In this document: positions 1 through 8,192 of the stretch, piece by piece
How positions within the stretch are numbered: position 1 is the first letter of the stretch
How the letters are laid out: each line of letters begins with the position of its first letter
Origin: Eubacteriales bacterium
Lineage (GTDB): Bacteria > Bacillota > Clostridia > Oscillospirales > CAG-272
Length of the DNA stretch: 61,783 nt
Reading direction: 5' to 3'
NCBI GenBank assembly: GCA_045541735.1
Contig: JAZQJQ010000086.1
Coordinates: 1 to 61,783, forward strand
Program-made: the position numbers and the translations under genes
Notes under the pieces: model-generated
Told to the model about the DNA's origin: nothing
What the model saw: only the letters and a program-made list of their open reading frames with translations
Databases searched by the model: none

Positions 1-107
1 TATCCATAGGTGCCGATATGCACGATATCCATACTCCGCGCGAGAGAATGTCCATATCCTCCTGCGAGAGGATATGGAAGGTGCTTCTTACCCTTCTCCT
101 GCCTTAA
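1..107 (+). CDS. C-terminal fragment of an M20-family dipeptidase (PepD-like); the 5' end lies outside the window
   Basis: Frame 3 reads SIGADMHDIHTPRERMSISSCERIWKVLLTLLLP and stops at TAA 105-107. The G-x3-H-x-P-x-E-R...I-S...W..L pattern resembles PepD C-termini. It is absent from the ORF track because it has no start in the window. Confidence 0.4.
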   Translation, partial: SIGADMHDIHTPRERMSISSCERIWKVLLTLLLP

Positions 108-125
108 AAATTCTTCCGCCTAATT

Positions 126-224
126 TCGTTGCAGGCCACAAGGCACGACCTCAGCGTATGAAAATACGCTATCGCCCGGACGCAGCTTCTTTCTTCGTCT
201 GTAAAACAATTTTACGTCGTCAGG
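126..224 (+). repeat. Family A structured repeat, copy A1 (99 nt)
   Basis: tcgttgcaggccacaaggcacgacctc plus hairpin agcgtat-gaaa-atacgct (153-170) plus atcgcc. It aligns over the same 99-nt length with 18022-18120. Confidence 0.7.
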
Positions 225-271
225 AATACCGTGGATCTTAATTTCATAAAATCAAGAGCTCGGTAAATCAT

Positions 272-383
272 AAAAAACCGCCCTGCGCAGTTCCTTCGCT
301 GCGGCGCACCACAAGATCCTTCGCTTCGTTCGAGGATGACCGGTGGCGCGCCGCAATGAAAACTCTGCGGCAGGGCGGTTTTT
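272..383 (+). repeat. Family B terminator-embedded element, copy B1 (long nested variant)
   Basis: A-run, then outer stem ccgccctgc/gcagggcgg, second stem gcggcgcaccac/gtggcgcgccgc, core gatccttcgcttcgttcgaggatgac (315-340), then a T-run. Confidence 0.75.
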
Positions 384-652
384 GTTGGGAGAGAGCGGGA
401 AGGCAATAAACGACAAAAAGGGAGCAATTATCGGTATTGACAGCTGAAACTCTTTAGAGGGAAAATAAAAAATAGATAACTTTAAGATAGGATATTTTGG
501 AGGGTCAAATGAAAAAAACGGAATACGCATCTCCCCGTCTTGAATTTGTATCTTTTGCAGAGACCGTAAAAACACTTGCTCAAAATTCGGATACCGGTGC
601 GGAAGGTTCGAAAGTCCTTCTCAGCTGGCTTATAGGTTAAGGAGGAAGAGAA

Positions 653-3600
653 ATGAAGAGGCTCGCCGCGAACAGGATCTTTGCACTTTTGCTTACTTTC
701 GTAATGCTTATCGGTATAATTCCGTATGCCGGAGCTGTTAACGTAAGCGCCGCTATCCCCGAGGAGAGTGAGGAAACGGGTATAGTACAAGGCGAAAACG
801 ATGCGGTAGTTTTCCATACGGGAAGCACCAATTTCGGTTATTATGATGACCGCTTTGCCGGAAATATGGTAAACGGCACGGGAAATGCCGAGGGCAAAGC
901 CTTTGACAGAATAATCGTTGTTTTTACAAAGGCGCGCACGATGGGCAGTGCTTCAATAGATTTTACAGGAGAAACGAATAACTGGGCCGGCGGAGAAAAG
1001 CTGGTGTTCACAAGCAAGGTCTACGTTACCAATCTTGCATACACCTGGGAAATTAACGGAAGCGGTTCAAGTGCCGTTAAAAACAATGGCACATTCGTTA
1101 CTCAAGCGAACAAGTCCTATGACTATACGAATGCCGGTAAGCTGTATCTCGGTCAAAAGATAACAAGCTATACCGATGATAAAAAGATCACACTCGGCTG
1201 TAATCTCACCTTTGATTTTATACATATTGACCTTTCCACAAACTCGCCGACGAATCCTCATATCGATTGCAACGGCTATAGCCTGAAAATAGGCAAGCAC
1301 GTGAATTTTACATACGATTCCGATGCCACCGACCTTTCTAAATTTACAATTATAAACAGCCGCTTCAACAGCGATGCCGCATCAGTACAAACGATAGAGA
1401 TCCTTACGGGCGATTATCAGGCGATACTTCCGTATCCCTGCGTTGCCGATTCAACTGCAACGCTTAACGGAACGCTTAACGTAATTATAGGCAGCGGCCT
1501 TGTAAACGGCGAGCCGAGCGTTAACGTAGTTGGCTCTCAGCTTGATACCGTGCCTGCTTTTTATACGCGCTTTGCCGTTCTGGCAAACACGGATATGGCG
1601 GCAACTACTACCGTAAACTATAAGCTTGACGGAGTCTCACTTGCCAAAAACTTCTATCTCTTCTACGGCCGCCGCCTCAGCGCGGCAGGCGCGGGAACGG
1701 CGCCCGTTGCGGCAGGCGTTGTGAATCTTACGGTCAAGGATTCAACAATGCCGCTTTTCGGTTCTGCTCTGTCCTCAGGTGCAACGCTTCCCAATTACGT
1801 GCCCAAGCAGGATGAGCTTGGTTTTACATTAAATGCAACGCTTATTAACGTAAAGAAGGCAGACGGAAGTGCGCTTGATATAAACGTAGACGGCTTTTCC
1901 TCCGATTTCTTTACGTCCAACGTGTATGCAGACCTTGGCGAGAGCACGGTTTCCGGTTACGACACGCTTAGCTCCGTACCCAAGGAGACTTGCAGCCACC
2001 TTGCGAACACTGAGGGAAGCACACTTGAATATAACACCGTTAACGGCGTTCCTACCGTGACCTGTTCCGTTGACGGATGCAGCTTCAAGCGTGAGTACAG
2101 AACTGACGCAAACGGTAAGGCAGTCATTTACCTTGATTCTCTCAAGGGCAGCGATACCGCCCTCGGCGACCGTCTCGGCAACGCCGCACAGTCCTTTGAC
2201 AACGCGTTCTCCATCCTTTCCGAGTTTGCGGGCGGCGGAACCGTGGTGCTTGTTGACGGATTCAATAACCGCAATTACGGAAACGGTACGGAGATGCCTT
2301 CGAATGCGGGCGGAAGGGTTACTATCACCTCGGATACCACTGCGATTCTGCCGAGCGGTCAGGGCGTAAATTACCGCGAGACCTCGGGCGCGTGCTATAT
2401 GGTATACCGCAATCTGTGGCTGTATAACAGTGTGGCATTTGATAATATGGTGTTCTCGATAAGAACAAATGAAGCCGCAATATATCTCAACAACCGCAGC
2501 TTTACCGTGAATGAAAGCTGTGAAGCATACCGCTACGGCGGAAGCGCTGCTGCAACGGGAAGAATAGGCTTGAACACGGATGCTGACGTTCCCTCCACGC
2601 TTTCCGTAGTTTCCGGCTTTGCCCCCTCCGCCATTGAAGATAACGGAGATGCAAATATTAATGGCAGAAACAGTATAGGCAGTCAGGTAATAGACCTTCA
2701 GGCGGGTGCCTTTAAGAACGTTCAAATAGGCAACAGAACCGGAACGAGCCTTGAAACCGAGGCAGACCGTGCGGCCTACGGAAGCTGTTACGTCAACGTA
2801 GGTGCGGGCGCGGATATTGCCGTAATAAACGCAATTACTCAGTATTCAGATATAGAGCCGTACTTCTGCTTCGGCGAGGGCGTAGAGTACGAAATATTTA
2901 CTGACGGCGAAAGCATTGCCGCAAGCGGAATGACCGTATATCTCGGAAACGAGATAGTGCATACGGAAACCGAGCCTGGCTCCGGAATCTACACCGCAAG
3001 CGATTCCGGCATAAGCTACAATAACGAAAAGCACGTTGCCGTTATCAACACCTCGCTGTTTACCGAGGCGGACCCCAAGTTTGCAGTTAAGCTTTATGAC
3101 GGTGCGGTTCCTGCAGTGCGTGTGACCTCGCAAATAGCTTCCAATTGTGATGAAAACGGAATCGTCGGCTTTGGATTTATGTTTGCAAGTTCCGAAAATG
3201 CTTCTAAGATCAGATATATCAGCGAATTTCACGAGGATAACCTCGGCAGATCCGTTGCGTATGACGGAGAGGGCGATAAACCCGTAAATTATTACAGCTA
3301 TGCCGCAGGCGACGAGCTTGCTTCCTTCAGCGGTATTCTCAAGTACGATCAAACTCTGCAGATGTCCTACGGCGACGCAGATTTTGTTGCACGCCCCTAT
3401 GCGGTCTATTCCGAAGAAGGCACCCGTGTAACCTATTTCGGTGCCGAAGAGACTGTTAATCTGCAGAAGCTCTGTCTCGATCTTATAGATGCCGGCGGAG
3501 AGGATGCGGTGCTTGCGCAAAAGGTAATAAATCTTATTATCGGCACGCCCCCCGCAACTCCCGATATCGACGATGCTGAAAAGACCGACACCTTTGACGA

Positions 3601-4948
3601 AAACAACGTGGTGCTTTCCTTCGGTGCTATTTCCGACGTGCATATCAGCGTGCATACGCAGGAAAACAAGCAGAAGTATCCCAAGGCGCTTGAGTCGCTG
3701 CTTGATATCTCCGGCGGAGATATTGACGCGCTCGTTATTGCAGGTGATATAATACACAATCTCTCAAGCGGAGATAATACCGCAAATTCGGAGATGAGGA
3801 CCTTTGCAAGCATTACGAAGGAATATACCGCGGACACCTCGATAGGCACGAACGTGCTTATCAGCACCGGTAATCACGATACACGCTCCTATAATTCCTC
3901 CCAGAGTGCAATGCTTGAAACGTATTTCGGCGAAGAGTACTACCTGAGCGATTTTGAAACCAATGCCGCAAAGGGCTACCGCCATTCGATAGTAAACGGC
4001 TACCACTTCCTCATTCTCGATGCAATTTCAAGATCGGGTATGGCGTACGGCGAATTTGACGATACCGTTCTTGAGTGGGTGGATAAAAAGCTCGAGCAGA
4101 TAACCTCGCAGTCTCCCGATAAATACGTCTTTATAATAACTCACGCAGGCGTTACGGATACTACATACGGTACAGAGGATGAGTATGAGCAGGGAAGCGA
4201 GAGATGGCGTTCCAGCACGCTTGCGCCTATACTTGAAAAGTATCCTCAGGTTATGGTGTTCAGCGGACATACGCACACTCCCATATTCGACGAGCGCAGC
4301 ATAATGCAGGACAGCTTCACCTCTGTAAACTGCGGTGCGGTTGCGAACACGTCGCTTGAGCTTGACGTTTACTACAACCACGTGAATGACGAAAACCCCG
4401 TTCTCGACAACACTTACATTTCAACAGGACATTACGTTCAGGTAGATGCAAGCGGAAATGTCCGTATTACAAGGATTCTCTTCCCCTGCTATGACGAGAC
4501 GGTCGAGATCAATCAAGAGTATCAGACCATAAAGAGCCCTTGGGAGCTTACTTATCCCAAGGCAGATGATTCTCATCTCAATTCCTACCGCCGCGATCTC
4601 CGCGAGGCGGCAAATGCCGCACCCATATTTGAGGGCGAGCTTGCGGCAGAGTATACGGGAAATGCCTACGACGTAACGCTTACGGTTCCCGCCGCAACGG
4701 ATGACGATTTCGTTCACCATTACAGAATAACCGTAACCAATTCCGAGAACGGTGAAACAATCAGCGAGTATTTAATGCTTTCCGATTTCATCTGCCGTGC
4801 GCAGGTCGAGGATATGCTGGATACCTTGGAGTTCAGGGTTCCTCTTGCTAAGGTAAATTGCTTGATAACCGTTGCCGCGGTCGACTCCTGGGGTGCGGAA
4901 AGCGGCACTCTTACCGTAACTGCCGACCTAAGTACAGTAGAGGAATAA
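653..4948 (+). CDS. Large secreted protein: N-terminal signal peptide, beta-helix-like central region, C-terminal calcineurin-like metallophosphoesterase domain
   Basis: 1431-aa ORF with RBS aaggagga 6 nt upstream. Signal-like N-terminus MKRLAANRIFALLLTFVMLIGIIPYAGA. Phosphoesterase motifs DVHIS, GDIIHN, GNHD, THAG, GHTH. Confidence 0.8.
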   Translation: MKRLAANRIFALLLTFVMLIGIIPYAGAVNVSAAIPEESEETGIVQGENDAVVFHTGSTNFGYYDDRFAGNMVNGTGNAEGKAFDRIIVVFTKARTMGSASIDFTGETNNWAGGEKLVFTSKVYVTNLAYTWEINGSGSSAVKNNGTFVTQANKSYDYTNAGKLYLGQKITSYTDDKKITLGCNLTFDFIHIDLSTNSPTNPHIDCNGYSLKIGKHVNFTYDSDATDLSKFTIINSRFNSDAASVQTIEILTGDYQAILPYPCVADSTATLNGTLNVIIGSGLVNGEPSVNVVGSQLDTVPAFYTRFAVLANTDMAATTTVNYKLDGVSLAKNFYLFYGRRLSAAGAGTAPVAAGVVNLTVKDSTMPLFGSALSSGATLPNYVPKQDELGFTLNATLINVKKADGSALDINVDGFSSDFFTSNVYADLGESTVSGYDTLSSVPKETCSHLANTEGSTLEYNTVNGVPTVTCSVDGCSFKREYRTDANGKAVIYLDSLKGSDTALGDRLGNAAQSFDNAFSILSEFAGGGTVVLVDGFNNRNYGNGTEMPSNAGGRVTITSDTTAILPSGQGVNYRETSGACYMVYRNLWLYNSVAFDNMVFSIRTNEAAIYLNNRSFTVNESCEAYRYGGSAAATGRIGLNTDADVPSTLSVVSGFAPSAIEDNGDANINGRNSIGSQVIDLQAGAFKNVQIGNRTGTSLETEADRAAYGSCYVNVGAGADIAVINAITQYSDIEPYFCFGEGVEYEIFTDGESIAASGMTVYLGNEIVHTETEPGSGIYTASDSGISYNNEKHVAVINTSLFTEADPKFAVKLYDGAVPAVRVTSQIASNCDENGIVGFGFMFASSENASKIRYISEFHEDNLGRSVAYDGEGDKPVNYYSYAAGDELASFSGILKYDQTLQMSYGDADFVARPYAVYSEEGTRVTYFGAEETVNLQKLCLDLIDAGGEDAVLAQKVINLIIGTPPATPDIDDAEKTDTFDENNVVLSFGAISDVHISVHTQENKQKYPKALESLLDISGGDIDALVIAGDIIHNLSSGDNTANSEMRTFASITKEYTADTSIGTNVLISTGNHDTRSYNSSQSAMLETYFGEEYYLSDFETNAAKGYRHSIVNGYHFLILDAISRSGMAYGEFDDTVLEWVDKKLEQITSQSPDKYVFIITHAGVTDTTYGTEDEYEQGSERWRSSTLAPILEKYPQVMVFSGHTHTPIFDERSIMQDSFTSVNCGAVANTSLELDVYYNHVNDENPVLDNTYISTGHYVQVDASGNVRITRILFPCYDETVEINQEYQTIKSPWELTYPKADDSHLNSYRRDLREAANAAPIFEGELAAEYTGNAYDVTLTVPAATDDDFVHHYRITVTNSENGETISEYLMLSDFICRAQVEDMLDTLEFRVPLAKVNCLITVAAVDSWGAESGTLTVTADLSTVEE

Positions 4949-4978
4949 ACGAAAAAGATCTGCCGAACCTAAAATAAG

Positions 4979-5022
4979 ACCCGCCCTGCCGCAACGGTGA
5001 CTATGCGGCAGGGCGGGTTTTT
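4979..5022. terminator. Bidirectional intrinsic terminator between convergent genes
   Basis: 15-bp stem acccgccctgccgca / tgcggcagggcgggt followed by ttttt, with an A-rich 5' side. Confidence 0.75.
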
Positions 5023-5024
5023 CT

Positions 5025-5705
5025 TCATATTTCTATGCTTTTTACTATTTCGTATATCCTATCGGATATTTCGTCTATGCCTTCCGAAGCATCAACGAAT
5101 TCGATCCGCTGTTTGGGGCGAGCAGCTTTTACCCTTGTCAGTACGTCGATATATTTTTCCCTTGCCTTTACAAGCATTTCGGTATTCTGCTCGTATATCT
5201 CCGCTTCGGTGCTTCTGCCCATCACGCGGCTGTGGCTTACCTTGGGGTCGATATCAAGGAAGATGCACACGTCGGGTGTGCGGATATCGGGGCAGTTGAA
5301 GTTGGCGTCAAACACCCAGTCGAAAAGCTCGGGTGTGCCCTGATAAACGAGCGAGGAGTAGTAATATCTTGTGCAGATAACGTCCGAGCCTCGGGCAAGC
5401 AGAGCTTCGATGCCAAGCTTTTCGTCCTTATTGTGCATTATCCTGTCCGTAAGGAAAAGTCCTGCGATCGCGGAATCGGGCATTTTAGTTTTTCCTTTAA
5501 GCACGGAAGCAAGCAGCGCGCCTGCACGCGTGGGGGTGTGGCTTGCCTTGCAGGTCGGCTCGCTTGTAATAAAAGCATATCCGCCGTCCGCGGCTATTCT
5601 TTTTTTGAGTATCTTTACCTGTGTGGTCTTTCCGCAGCCGTCAATACCCTCGATAACGATAAATCTGCCGCGCTTTGTGCTGTTTTCGGTCTGCCCGTTA
5701 CACAT
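5025..5705 (-). CDS. tmk: Thymidylate (dTMP) kinase
   Basis: P-loop FIVIEGIDGCGKTTQ and typical length. The start lies 2 nt after the cysS stop. Confidence 0.9.
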   Translation of the reverse strand: MCNGQTENSTKRGRFIVIEGIDGCGKTTQVKILKKRIAADGGYAFITSEPTCKASHTPTRAGALLASVLKGKTKMPDSAIAGLFLTDRIMHNKDEKLGIEALLARGSDVICTRYYYSSLVYQGTPELFDWVFDANFNCPDIRTPDVCIFLDIDPKVSHSRVMGRSTEAEIYEQNTEMLVKAREKYIDVLTRVKAARPKQRIEFVDASEGIDEISDRIYEIVKSIEI

Positions 5706-5707
5706 AC

Positions 5708-7150
5708 TCAGCCCTCGATCTTGAATTTTGTTCCCTCGGGAGTGTCAATAAGAGTAATACCCTCGCTTGCAAGCTGATTTCGGATGGCATCAGCTTCGGC
5801 GTAGTTCTTTGCCTTTTTTGCTTCCTTGCGCTTTTCGATCATCTCAAGAATGTAAGCGGTACGTGGGTCGGCATTGTCTGCTGCTTTTTCCTCTTCCTTT
5901 GACTGTTTTTCCTTCAAACGGTCTGCAGCGCCTATAAGGTCAAGGGCAAGCACGCGGTCAAAGTCTGCTATAAGCGCTAATTTTGCCTTGCCGCTGATGT
6001 CTGCTTTAAGGGTGTCGTAAAGCGCTGTGACTGCAAGGGAAGTGTTGATATCGTTTGCAAGCGCCGCCATAAACGCCTCGCGGCACTTCTCGGCGCCTTC
6101 GCCTCCTGCCTCGCCCTCGTCCTTGATCGCGGCAACGCGAGAGACCAGCTTTTCGTAAGCGGCTACTGCGTTGTCAAGGTTCTCGTAGGTAAAGGTAAGG
6201 GATTTGCGGTAGTGAGAGCCAAGGCAGAAGAAGCGGTATGCAAGCGGGTCGTAGCCCTTGCTCTCCAGCAGAGATACTGTAAGGAACTCGCCCTTGGACT
6301 TGCTCATCTTTCCGCTTGCATCGTTAAGATGGAGCACGTGGAACCAATAGTTGCACCACTTGTGTCCCACGAATGCCTCGCTCTGCGCTATCTCGTTGGT
6401 GTGATGGGGGAATGCGTTGTCGATTCCGCCGCAGTGTACGTCAAGGTATTCGCCGAGGTGCTTCATAGAGATGCAGGAGCACTCGATATGCCAGCCGGGA
6501 TAACCTACACCCCAAGGGCTGTTCCATTTAAGCTCCTGATCCTCGAACTTGGATTTTGTAAACCAAAGCACAAAGTCGGTCTTGTTTCTCTTTGCGTTAT
6601 CCTTTTCAACACCCTCACGCACGCCCTCTGCAAGGTCTTCCTCGCGGAAATCGTTGAAAACGTAGTAGTTTTCAAGCTTTGAGGTGTCAAAATATACGTT
6701 GCCCTCGGAAATATACGCATAGCCTTTTTCAAGCAGGCTTTCAATTACCTTGATGAACTCGTCGATGCAGGAGGTTGCGGGGACGACGGTCTCGGGGCAT
6801 TTGATGTTGAGCTTGCGGCAGTCCTCGAAGAATGCGTCGGTGTAGAACTTTGCTATCTCGAGCACAGTCTTCTTCTCGCGCTTTGCGCCCTTGAGCATCT
6901 TATCCTCGCCCTCGTCGGCGTCGCTTGTAAGGTGGCCGACGTCCGTGATGTTCATAACGCGGTGCACGTCGTAGCCGAAATAGCCGAACGTGCGCTCCAG
7001 CACGTCCTCCATAATATACGTGCGCAGATTACCGATGTGCGCGAAATGATAAACGGTAGGTCCGCAGGTATACATACTTACCTTGCCGGGCTCGTTTGGA
7101 ACGAAAACGTCCTTTTCTCTTGTCAGTGAATTATATAAACGGATATCCAT
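5708..7150 (-). CDS. cysS: Cysteine--tRNA ligase
   Basis: HIGH-type motif (FAHIGN) and KMSKS (KMSKSKG). Start chosen at MDIRLYN (ATG 7150-7148). The longer ORF-track start would overlap cysE. Confidence 0.9.
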   Translation of the reverse strand: MDIRLYNSLTREKDVFVPNEPGKVSMYTCGPTVYHFAHIGNLRTYIMEDVLERTFGYFGYDVHRVMNITDVGHLTSDADEGEDKMLKGAKREKKTVLEIAKFYTDAFFEDCRKLNIKCPETVVPATSCIDEFIKVIESLLEKGYAYISEGNVYFDTSKLENYYVFNDFREEDLAEGVREGVEKDNAKRNKTDFVLWFTKSKFEDQELKWNSPWGVGYPGWHIECSCISMKHLGEYLDVHCGGIDNAFPHHTNEIAQSEAFVGHKWCNYWFHVLHLNDASGKMSKSKGEFLTVSLLESKGYDPLAYRFFCLGSHYRKSLTFTYENLDNAVAAYEKLVSRVAAIKDEGEAGGEGAEKCREAFMAALANDINTSLAVTALYDTLKADISGKAKLALIADFDRVLALDLIGAADRLKEKQSKEEEKAADNADPRTAYILEMIEKRKEAKKAKNYAEADAIRNQLASEGITLIDTPEGTKFKIEG

Positions 7151-7151
7151 T

Positions 7152-7925
7152 TTACTCGTCCTTTCCGGTGGTTTCTGTTTCGTGAATCTTCTTTTCAAGC
7201 TCGTATAAGCGGTGCTCAAGACGGCATATCTCCTGCATTACTGGGTCGGGGATATGTATCTGGTCAAGGTCGGGCACGCGCTTGTTGTTTACGGATACGA
7301 CCTTGGCGGGGATTCCTACGGCGGTGGAATTGGAGGGAACGGCGTGAAGCACGACAGCGTTTGCAGCTATCTTTGCATTATCGCCTACGGTAAAGGGGCC
7401 AAGGACCTTTGCGCCTGCACCTACCATAACGTTGTTGCCGAGGGTGGGATGGCGCTTGCCCGTGTCCTTGCCCGTGCCGCCGAGGGTAGCACCCTGATAG
7501 ATGGTACAGTCGTCGCCTATTTCCGCCGTTTCGCCGATAACAACTCCGCAGCCGTGGTCGATAAACAGGCGTCTGCCTATCTTTGCGGCAGGGTGTATCT
7601 CAACGCCGGTAACGAATTTTGCCGCTTGGCTTACCGCACGCGCGGCAAGCGTATAGCCATTTTTGTGTAATGCGTGCGCGGCGCGGTGGGCAAGTACGGC
7701 GTGAAAACCCGAGTAGAGAAGCAGGACCTCAAGATCCGAGCCTGCGGCGGGGTCACGCTCTCTTACGGTGTTAACGTCCTCTTTTATCTCCTTTGCCGCT
7801 TTTTTTGCGGTACGGTAAGCAAGATCAGCGGCTTTTCTGCCCTGCTTTTCGACCGTGTTTGAAAAATTGTAAAGCTCCCTTGCGGTCTTTCTGTACAGCT
7901 TTGCGGCTTCGTTTATGAAATCCAT
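7152..7925 (-). CDS. cysE: Serine O-acetyltransferase
   Basis: Hexapeptide-repeat region GVEIHPAAKIGRRLFIDHGCGVVIGETAEIGDDCTIYQGATLGG. Lies directly upstream of cysS. Confidence 0.9.
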   Translation of the reverse strand: MDFINEAAKLYRKTARELYNFSNTVEKQGRKAADLAYRTAKKAAKEIKEDVNTVRERDPAAGSDLEVLLLYSGFHAVLAHRAAHALHKNGYTLAARAVSQAAKFVTGVEIHPAAKIGRRLFIDHGCGVVIGETAEIGDDCTIYQGATLGGTGKDTGKRHPTLGNNVMVGAGAKVLGPFTVGDNAKIAANAVVLHAVPSNSTAVGIPAKVVSVNNKRVPDLDQIHIPDPVMQEICRLEHRLYELEKKIHETETTGKDE

Positions 7926-7957
7926 ATAAAAACTCCGAGTAGTACTTTTAATACTTA

Positions 7958-7986
7958 ATTATACTCAATATTCTCCGCGTTGTCAA
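7958..7986 (-). promoter_or_regulatory. Sigma-A type promoter of cysE-cysS-tmk
   Basis: On the minus strand, TTGACA - 17 nt - TATAAT (exact consensus), about 30 nt upstream of the cysE ATG. Confidence 0.55.
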
Positions 7987-8090
7987 TCTATGCTGTGCTT
8001 TTTTTTGAAGCGAGGCGCAAACGGCGGAATTGTGCGAAACGTTCCTTCTCTTTTGTCAAGAATTCTAATAATAATGTCCATTAGGTAATA

Positions 8091-8120
8091 TTGACAAGTC
8101 AAAAAGTTTTATAGTAAACT
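8091..8120 (+). promoter_or_regulatory. Candidate promoter of the first solute-binding lipoprotein gene
   Basis: TTGACA - 18 nt - TAAACT. Positionally homologous to the stronger promoter at 10057-10085. The 5' leader contains hairpin ttcccga-agtg-tcgggaa (8141-8158). Confidence 0.4.
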
Positions 8121-8192
8121 ATATTGTATAAAGATAATGGTTCCCGAAGTGTCGGGAAAACGGAATTATTATTTTAAGGAAAGGAAACAACT

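Noticed and set aside
590-630. tRNA-like T-arm (ggaaggttcgaaagtccttc)
   Set aside because: The loop is 9 nt rather than 7. There is no matching acceptor, D or anticodon arm at the right distances, and it lies within the small ORF.
385-652. Possible c-di-GMP riboswitch or invertible promoter upstream of the large surface protein
   Set aside because: I found no GEMM-like conserved segments and no flanking inverted repeats of useful length.
212-817. Small overlapping minus-strand ORFs (71-111 aa), and likewise 9794-10054, 11806-12144, 17957-18157 and 22363-22620
   Set aside because: They are translations of the hairpin repeat families (for example ILERSEGS from the B core and GRIWNPPLP from a REP). 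They have no RBS and no coding-like composition.
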